From: an uncultured Lachnospiraceae bacterium
GTDB lineage: Bacteria; Bacillota; Clostridia; Christensenellales; UBA1242
Reading direction: 5' to 3'
Assembly (NCBI GenBank): GCA_964606505.1
Contig: CAZSGM010000003.1
Coordinates: forward strand, 44,696 to 108,695
DNA length: 64,000 nucleotides
Shown here piece after piece: positions 17,124 through 23,190 of this stretch. Each line of letters begins with the position of its first letter. Within the stretch, counting starts at the first letter, position 1. Below the pieces are notes generated by a model that worked only from the letters and a program-made list of their open reading frames with translations, was not told the origin of the DNA and made no database searches. Both the position numbers and the translations under genes were made by a program.

Positions 17124-17249
17124 TTATTTGCAAGACTTTGTGCAAGATGACTTTGAAGACCCGCGACTTGAGCAAGCTTTGCTTGAACAACATTTAGATG
17201 TTGTAGTTTTAGTCTTTGTTCCTTTCGCAGATTGTGCTGTTCTAGCCAT
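17124..17249 (-). CDS. 41-aa Cys/Ser/Thr/Lys-rich micro-protein (not in the ORF track; function unknown)
   Basis: My own translation gives MARTAQSAKGTKTKTTTSKCCSSKACSSRGSSKSSCTKSCK. A perfect AGGAGG lies 5 nt upstream of the ATG (17255-17260), and a dedicated terminator follows. The overlapping 91-aa track ORF has no RBS. Confidence 0.6.
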   Translation of the reverse strand: MARTAQSAKGTKTKTTTSKCCSSKACSSRGSSKSSCTKSCK

Positions 17250-17366
17250 TTCGACCTCCTGTGCAATATGTAATTGCAGTTACTCGGCTGATACCGAGTT
17301 GGCGAGAAAGTAGTTACAAACTGGCAACAACGCCATTTTGTTGTCAACTTTCTCAATCTTAGTATA
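17250..17366 (-). promoter_or_regulatory. Candidate promoter (TATACT) plus ~105-nt hairpin-rich 5' leader of the micro-ORF
   Basis: -10 TATACT at 17366-17361. The leader has an 8-bp stem GAGAAAGT/ACTTTCTC (17354-17347 with 17311-17304) enclosing CAACAA/TTGTTG. It then has ACTCGG/CCGAGT (17299-17282) and TGCAAT/ATTGCA (17278-17262), the last ending 1 nt before the SD. Confidence 0.4.
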
Positions 17367-17650
17367 CCCACCTTTTGTAATATAATACACATATTGTACT
17401 GGTAATTTTATGCAATTTTTTACTCATTTTAAAGCGGCCGTCGAAACTAAAAGAGCCATAAAAACATAAGCGTAAAGATTAACCCCACCATTACAGTCAA
17501 AATTGACTAAATCATAAAATCGTGCAACACATTTATTTGTCTTAACAATACATTTGATTGAATTTCTTAGATATATCAATATTCACGCCAACATTTATTA
17601 TTTAGCCTATTTTTTGAGGCGTCTATACTATTTTAGCACCCCAATCTACG

Positions 17651-17676
17651 ACAAAAGACCAACACTCAGTTTGGTC
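17651..17676 (-). terminator. Orphan terminator-like hairpin downstream of the G15 tract (minus strand)
   Basis: Minus strand reads GACCAA-ACTGAGTG-TTGGTC followed by TTTTGT. No annotated gene ends here. Confidence 0.35.
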
Positions 17677-17703
17677 AATTGGTGCGTTTTAAATCAAAAC
17701 TCT

Positions 17704-17718
17704 CCCCCCCCCCCCCCC
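17704..17718. repeat. Homopolymeric C15 (G15 on the minus strand) tract
   Basis: Counted directly as 15 consecutive C residues in otherwise AT-rich non-coding DNA. Confidence 0.95.
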
Positions 17719-17914
17719 GCGTAACGCTTTCGCGCGTGCATTCATATAATCTTACTACTGTCACGCAGCACACGCTAGACAGTGTATTATGTTTTGCGAT
17801 ACCCCCGCTATTTAACTTAAGATTAACAATTCAACCTATTAATTTAATTGTCATTCCGACAAATAAACTTTGGATGCGTCAGTTTAGTTACTAATCGCTG
17901 TCAAACTCCTTGAC

Positions 17915-19549
17915 TTATTCAACTGAAACAATGTAGTAATATACAGGTTGCCCACCATAAACGGCAGTAACTTCGCAGTTTTCGTGCTTTGCAGCCACCT
18001 TGTCCTGTATTTGGTTTGCGACATCTTCGTCAATTCCAGAACCATAGAACAGTGTGATGTTGATTGAGTCTTCGTTAACAAGTTCGTCAACCAACTTCAT
18101 AAGTGTTTCTTCAATTTCCTTTCCATTTGCCTTAATGTGAGACTCGTCAAGCCCAATAATGCTTCCTTCTTCAATGTCAAAGCCGTCAACATTAGTTGTC
18201 CTAACCGCCTTAGTAATTGAACCGCTTCTAACCGCGTTACAACTTTCGTTCATTGCGTTAACATTTTCTTCCTTGTTTGAATCAGGGTTAAACGCCAAAA
18301 TTGCAGAAATCCCCTGTGGAACAGTTGTTGTTGGGATAACAACAACTTGTTTTTGTGTCAACGCTTTAGCCTGCTCTGCAGCAAGAATAATGTTTTTATT
18401 GTTAGGGAAAACATAAACCAAGTTTGACGGAACAGCCTCAACCGCCTTAGCGATGTCGTCTGCCGATGGGTTCATTGTTTGCCCGCCCTCAATAACATAA
18501 TCAACGCCCAAATCCTTAAATACAGCGCTAAGCCCGTCCCCCGCACAAACGGAAACCATAGCGTAAGGTTTTTGGTTCTTAATAGCCGCATTTTTGCGCA
18601 ACTCACGGTTTTGCTCGCGCATATTCTCAATTTTAAGGTTAAACAGTTCCCCTAGTTCAAGTGCGTAACCAAGCGCTTTGTTAGGCTCATTCGTGTGAAC
18701 GTGCACCTTAACTAGCGACAAGTCGCCCGTACAAATCAACGAGTCGCCAATCCCAAGTAGTTTTTCACGCAACTTATCAATATCTGCCTCAGTTGTCTTT
18801 TTGTACATATGAATAATCATAAATTCAGTACAATAGCCGAACTCAATATCTGCCAATGCCTCAAGATTGACGTGGAACTCCTTAATGTTGTCGAGTGTCT
18901 TAGCCGTGTCGACCATTTCAAATTCAAAAGACTCGTCGTTGATGATAATCCTATAGAAACCTTGGAAAACAACCATCAAGCCGCGTCCGCCAGCATCAAT
19001 AACCCCTGCTTTAGCTAGTACTGGCAACAACTCTGGCGTTTTCTGCAAAATTTCTTCGCCCTTATCAATTACGTACTTCATAAACTCTTCAAAGTCAGAC
19101 ATTTTCTTTGCAGCGTTTGTAGCTTCCTCAGCCATAACCCTGATAACGGTGAGGACTGTACCTTCCTTAGGTTTCGCAACCGCTTGATAAGCAATCGCAG
19201 CCCCTTCTTTTAGCGCTTTAGCAAATTGTTTTGTCGTAATCTCTGAACAAGTTTTTGTAACCCTAGCAATACCCTTAAGGATTTGAGAGAGGATAACCCC
19301 GCTGTTTCCTCTAGCCCCACGCAGCGCTCCCTTTTCAAGCGCATCACTCAAGTCCTCCAAGTTATTAGAAGTACAGTTGTTTAATTCATTAGTCGCAGAT
19401 TTTAATGTAAGGAACATATTTGTACCCGTATCGCCGTCGGGAACTGGAAATACATTAAGTGCATCCACGTATTTTTTATTTTGTTCAAGATTGCTACAAC
19501 CCGCGAAAATCATTTTTCTAAAGGTTGCACCATTTATCGTTTTTGTCAT
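17915..19549 (-). CDS. yloV: DAK2 domain-containing protein (YloV family)
   Basis: NVFPVPDGDTGTNM and RGNSGVILSQ motifs. B. subtilis-like synteny with yloU and rpmB. The start at MTKTING (19549) follows GGAGG. Confidence 0.9.
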   Translation of the reverse strand: MTKTINGATFRKMIFAGCSNLEQNKKYVDALNVFPVPDGDTGTNMFLTLKSATNELNNCTSNNLEDLSDALEKGALRGARGNSGVILSQILKGIARVTKTCSEITTKQFAKALKEGAAIAYQAVAKPKEGTVLTVIRVMAEEATNAAKKMSDFEEFMKYVIDKGEEILQKTPELLPVLAKAGVIDAGGRGLMVVFQGFYRIIINDESFEFEMVDTAKTLDNIKEFHVNLEALADIEFGYCTEFMIIHMYKKTTEADIDKLREKLLGIGDSLICTGDLSLVKVHVHTNEPNKALGYALELGELFNLKIENMREQNRELRKNAAIKNQKPYAMVSVCAGDGLSAVFKDLGVDYVIEGGQTMNPSADDIAKAVEAVPSNLVYVFPNNKNIILAAEQAKALTQKQVVVIPTTTVPQGISAILAFNPDSNKEENVNAMNESCNAVRSGSITKAVRTTNVDGFDIEEGSIIGLDESHIKANGKEIEETLMKLVDELVNEDSINITLFYGSGIDEDVANQIQDKVAAKHENCEVTAVYGGQPVYYYIVSVE

Positions 19550-19598
19550 TATATCCTCCGAACGCTTGCAAGACGCAAGCAAAAGAAGGCATACAAAG

Positions 19599-19949
19599 TC
19601 ATACTTTGACGCCCATTATATTTACATTGATAGATTCTACAATCATCCCTGTAAAATCCTCAACATTATATTTTACTGATTTTTTTAAACTGTCGGCAAC
19701 AGCATTAATAGTAACACCATACTTCAAAATAACGCACAAATCAAGCGATATTTTGTTCCCGTGAGTAGAAACCTTCACCCCGTGCCTGTAGTGTCCTTTC
19801 TTCAATAATTCCGCTACGCTATCAGAAAAACGCCTTGAAACCAAGTCAACCACGCCATAACATTCTAGCGCAAAATATCCGGCAACATCTGCTATTGCTT
19901 CGTCAGAAATAGAAATCTTACCATAATTGTTTAATGTATGTACTGCCAT
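19599..19949 (-). CDS. yloU: Asp23/Gls24-family envelope stress protein (YloU-like)
   Basis: ISISDEAIADVAGYFALECYGVV is typical of Asp23. The start at MAVHTLNNYG (19949) follows GGAG. Confidence 0.85.
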   Translation of the reverse strand: MAVHTLNNYGKISISDEAIADVAGYFALECYGVVDLVSRRFSDSVAELLKKGHYRHGVKVSTHGNKISLDLCVILKYGVTINAVADSLKKSVKYNVEDFTGMIVESINVNIMGVKV

Positions 19950-20202
19950 TTTGCAATCTCCATTTAATTTGCTGTTTATCGACAATGTTATTTTACTACA
20001 TTTTGCGCAAAAAATCAACTATATTAGCAAAAAATATAAATTGTTTTATAAAAATACTTGATTTTTTCTTTTTTTTAGTGTATTATATACAAGTATTAAA
20101 AATATTTTGTTTATCATAGGGCGATTTTTGCTCAAATTTATGTGGAACAAATAATTTTGTAAATGAATTTTTAATTCAAAAATTTGAACGGAGGATATGA
20201 TT

Positions 20203-20394
20203 ATGCCAAAGGTATGCAGTATATGTGGAAAAGGCAAATTGAGTGGTAAAACAATAGCTCACTCACACTCTCACGTTAGTAGAAGAACTAACCGTCAATT
20301 CAAGCCAAATTTGCAAAAAGTTAGACTTGAAGATGAAAACGGAACCGTTAGAACTGAGTGCGTTTGCACCAAGTGCCTTAAGAAAGTCAACTAA
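20203..20394 (+). CDS. rpmB: 50S ribosomal protein L28
   Basis: [46 protein letters not shown] lies 8 nt upstream of the ATG at 20203. Confidence 0.95.
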   Translation: MPKVCSICGKGKLSGKTIAHSHSHVSRRTNRQFKPNLQKVRLEDENGTVRTECVCTKCLKKVN

Positions 20395-20407
20395 TTGTTG
20401 ATTAAAA

Positions 20408-20469
20408 AAGATTATAGTTGTTTGAAGTGAACCATTTGACGTACTTCATATCCCTATAATCTTTTTTTG
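20408..20469 (+). terminator. Probable rpmB terminator (long compound hairpin plus T-run)
   Basis: AAGATTATAG (20408-20417) pairs with CTATAATCTT (20454-20463). An inner GAAGT/ACTTC stem is present, and TTTTT follows. Confidence 0.45.
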
Positions 20470-20518
20470 TTACAAAATTGGGGCTACACTGCATATATAT
20501 TAATAAAAGGAACACACC

Positions 20519-20602
20519 ATGAAAATAATTTGCATTAAAGCCCCCAAATTCTTGCGCTCCATACTGCGGGCGATGTTTAAAAACAAAGGCGGCCAAGAAT
20601 AA
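20519..20602 (+). CDS. spoVM: Stage V sporulation protein M (27 aa; below the ORF-track cutoff)
   Basis: MKIICIKAPKFLRSILRAMFKNKGGQE compared with B. subtilis SpoVM MKFYTIKLPKFLGGIVRAMLGSFRKD (recalled from memory). It occupies the same position between rpmB and rpe as in B. subtilis. AAAGGA lies 7 nt upstream, and a terminator overlaps the stop. Confidence 0.8.
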   Translation: MKIICIKAPKFLRSILRAMFKNKGGQE

Positions 20603-20615
20603 GCCGCCTATTTTT
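20588..20615. terminator. Bidirectional terminator between convergent spoVM and rpe
   Basis: GGCGGC (20588-20593) / GCCGCC (20603-20608), with T-runs on both strands. Confidence 0.7.
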
Positions 20616-20617
20616 GC

Positions 20618-21280
20618 CTAATTGCGAGTCTCAAACTTCAGCGACGCAATAGATTTGCTGTAGTCATCCGAATTTGCGACATAACTGCCACTAACCAGCA
20701 CATCCACGCCTGCGTCAACGCAAATTTGAGCATTTTGCCCATTAATACCCCCATCAATTTCAATCTTAAAGGACAACCCCTTTGCTGTCCTATAATCAAC
20801 CAACTCGCGCACCTTTTGCAGCGCACGCTCATCAAATACTTGCCCCCCTTTCCCCGCTTTAACGCTCATAACAAGTACATAGTCGGCAACATTCACATAG
20901 TCTAGCACCTCCTCGAGCGGCGTATACAAATCTATTGCAATCCCCGCCTTTGCGCCTAGTGCTTTGATTACCTTCAGCGCCGCAATCCCGTCCTCAGTAG
21001 AGTCAAATACCTCACAGTGGATAGAAACCGAATACGCGCACGCGCAGAGGGACAAATATTCAGTTGGCGTCTCAATCATCAAATGCACGTCAAGCGGCAG
21101 GCTGCTCACTTTCAATAGTTCCGCGATGCTTTCAGGCATATAGGTTTTTTGCGGCACAAACAACCCATCCATAATGTCGCAGTGAAAAAAGTTTGCACCC
21201 GCACGCTTTAGTTTGTTAGATTGCTCGCCTAAACTTTCAAAGACGAACGGCAAAGTTGAAATTGCTACTTTATTTTCCAT
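20618..21280 (-). CDS. rpe: Ribulose-phosphate 3-epimerase
   Basis: HCDIMDGLFVP, LPLDVHLMIETP, and MSVKAGKGGQ. Confidence 0.93.
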   Translation of the reverse strand: MENKVAISTLPFVFESLGEQSNKLKRAGANFFHCDIMDGLFVPQKTYMPESIAELLKVSSLPLDVHLMIETPTEYLSLCACAYSVSIHCEVFDSTEDGIAALKVIKALGAKAGIAIDLYTPLEEVLDYVNVADYVLVMSVKAGKGGQVFDERALQKVRELVDYRTAKGLSFKIEIDGGINGQNAQICVDAGVDVLVSGSYVANSDDYSKSIASLKFETRN

Positions 21281-22157
21281 ATTTCTTCCTACTCTTATTT
21301 AATGCACTTTTAACCTTAATATAACGGCTGTACCTATCTTTATTGATTAATCTATCATTCAACGCCTTTACAACGGCACAACCTGCATTTTCGGGCAAAT
21401 GCGTACAGTTAGCAAACTTGCATTGCACCGAAAACTTACGAATATCGACATAGTAATGCGTCAACTCTGAGTCCTGCATATCTGAAATTTCCAGCATTTT
21501 AAACCCAGGGGTGTCCGCAACCATTGCTCCGTAATTCGTAACATAAAGTTCACTGTTTTTAGTGGTGTTTTTGCCCCTAACCTTCTTTTTACCGACTTTC
21601 AAAGCAATTGAGTCGGTTTTTATTTTGTGCACCCCCACGGCGTTGAGTAGCGAGGATTTGCCCACCGCCGACTGTCCTACCAAAACAGAGACTTTACCCT
21701 TTGTTTCGGCAATAAAGTCGTCTAAACCATCACCAGTATGCGAACTCAAAACTATTATTTTTTCAACACAGCCCACGTATTGCGACTTAATGTTTTCAAT
21801 AAATTCATCCGAAACAATGTCGCTCTTACTAACAATGATATACGGCGTAATGCCCTCAATCCCGAGGTAGACAAGCATTTTATCAACCAAAAACAAGTCC
21901 GCTGCGGGCTCCTTTGTAATAACAATGAACGCGTTATCAACATTAGAGATATTGGGGCGATCAATGTGGTTTTTGCGTGCGCAAACTTCTTGCACAACCA
22001 ACGTATGGTTTTCACTATCCTCCGTATAAAAAACCTCATCACCCGCGCACAGCCCCTGCAGTTTTACTTTTTTTAGCACGAGCGCGTCAAGTTTATTAAC
22101 ACCGTCATAAAGGCAGGCATCCGCGCCTACAACCCTTAAAACCCTTGCCTTATTCAT
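21270..22157 (-). CDS. rsgA: Ribosome small-subunit-dependent GTPase A
   Basis: Circularly permuted GTPase (IVSKSD; GQSAVGKSSLLN) with a C-terminal zinc motif CKFANCTHLPENAGC. I prefer the ATG at 22157 over the GTG at 22166. Confidence 0.9.
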   Translation of the reverse strand: MNKARVLRVVGADACLYDGVNKLDALVLKKVKLQGLCAGDEVFYTEDSENHTLVVQEVCARKNHIDRPNISNVDNAFIVITKEPAADLFLVDKMLVYLGIEGITPYIIVSKSDIVSDEFIENIKSQYVGCVEKIIVLSSHTGDGLDDFIAETKGKVSVLVGQSAVGKSSLLNAVGVHKIKTDSIALKVGKKKVRGKNTTKNSELYVTNYGAMVADTPGFKMLEISDMQDSELTHYYVDIRKFSVQCKFANCTHLPENAGCAVVKALNDRLINKDRYSRYIKVKSALNKSRKKYGK

Positions 22158-23181
22158 CGTTTTCACCCAAATATTTTCTTCTCAATTGCCCGCACGCGCC
22201 GCCGATGTCGCTACCAAGCGAGTTGCGAACGGTTACACTCATCCCAAGCGTTTCCAATTGTTGCTTAAACTTCTCTATATTCTTTGAGGTCTTTAAGTCG
22301 CGCTCTTTTACATAGTTTAGGGGTATCAAATTAATGTGGCAGATAAGCCCGCGCGTTAAATTTCTAAGTTGTTCTGCATCTTTCAGGCTGTCGTTAACAC
22401 CATCAATGAGGGTGTACTCGAAAACTGCTCGGCGCCCCGTCTTGTCTACATAGTTGCGCACACTTTTAAGCAGCCTGTCAAGGTTGTACGCCTTAGCAAT
22501 AGGCATAATTTCCTCGCGTTTATTTTGGAATGGAGTGTGCAGAGATATAGTTAAAACAACCCCCGCAAAATCCTCCGTGAGTCTATCAATTTTATCCGCA
22601 ATTCCGCACGTTGAAATCGAAATATTGCGTTTTGAGACATTAAACCCTTGCTCACTTGTTACAAGTTTTAAAAACTTAATTACATTATCGTAATTGTCGA
22701 GCGGCTCGCCACTCCCCATTAAGACGATGTTAGTAATTTTCCTTTCTTTAACGTTCCCGCCCAGATACTTGTTTACAGCAACAAACTGCCCTAGTATTTC
22801 TCCCGCAGAGAGGTTGCGAACCAAACCATCTAATGTAGACGCACAAAACTTGCACCCCATTCGGCACCCAACTTGCGTTGAAATGCAAATTGTGTTCCCG
22901 TAATTGTGGAACATTAAAATGCCCTCTATTATGTTTCCATCGCACAGCTTGTACAAAAACTTCACTGCATTTTTGCCCTTGATTGCTTTGTGTATCTTCA
23001 CAGGCTGAATTACATAATCTGAAAGTTTTTCCTTGAAGGCTTTTGATAAAGTTGTACACTCGTCAAGTTCATCGCCCAAAAGAAGGCAATTCATTAGTTG
23101 TTTTGCCCTAAATTTTTTCTCTCCTAACCCAACAACAAACTCCTCGAGTTCGTCTAAGTTTTTATCTAATAAAATCTCCAC
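22150..23181 (-). CDS. rlmN: 23S rRNA/tRNA A2503/A37 C2-methyltransferase RlmN (radical SAM)
   Basis: CRMGCKFCAS radical-SAM cluster and GSGEPLDN. GTG start preceded by AAGGAG. Confidence 0.93.
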   Translation of the reverse strand: MEILLDKNLDELEEFVVGLGEKKFRAKQLMNCLLLGDELDECTTLSKAFKEKLSDYVIQPVKIHKAIKGKNAVKFLYKLCDGNIIEGILMFHNYGNTICISTQVGCRMGCKFCASTLDGLVRNLSAGEILGQFVAVNKYLGGNVKERKITNIVLMGSGEPLDNYDNVIKFLKLVTSEQGFNVSKRNISISTCGIADKIDRLTEDFAGVVLTISLHTPFQNKREEIMPIAKAYNLDRLLKSVRNYVDKTGRRAVFEYTLIDGVNDSLKDAEQLRNLTRGLICHINLIPLNYVKERDLKTSKNIEKFKQQLETLGMSVTVRNSLGSDIGGACGQLRRKYLGENDE

Positions 23182-23190
23182 AAATACTCC

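Noticed and set aside
17124-17249. Calling the Cys-rich micro-protein a SCIFF (six-cysteines-in-forty-five) ranthipeptide precursor.
   Set aside because: It has five cysteines, not six. It lacks the conserved SCIFF N-terminal and GGCGECQTSC-like core as I recall it, and no adjacent radical-SAM maturase is present. I keep it only as a loose analogy.
17117-17392. Track ORFs 17117..17392 (-, 91 aa) and 17128..17313 (+, 61 aa).
   Set aside because: Neither has a Shine-Dalgarno sequence. The 41-aa frame with a perfect AGGAGG and a terminator explains the locus better.
17679-17894. Track ORF 17679..17894 (+, 71 aa) that reads through the C15 tract as PPPP.
   Set aside because: It has no RBS and an odd composition. 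The frame would be destroyed by any slippage in the tract, so I treat the region as non-coding.
20040-20100. The inverted repeat AATACTTG ... CAAGTATT flanking the rpmB promoter, considered as another copy of the dispersed palindrome element.
   Set aside because: The sequence and spacing differ from the four aligned copies. It more likely reflects the local promoter, which reads TTGATT-17-TATTAT.
21270-23181. Gene overlaps (rpe/rsgA 11 nt, rsgA/rlmN 8-17 nt, mutL/mutS 8 nt, miaA/mutL 22 nt, tpiA/pgk 4 nt) considered as frameshift or pseudogene signals.
   Set aside because: These are ordinary short overlaps of translationally coupled operon genes. All the proteins are full length with intact motifs.
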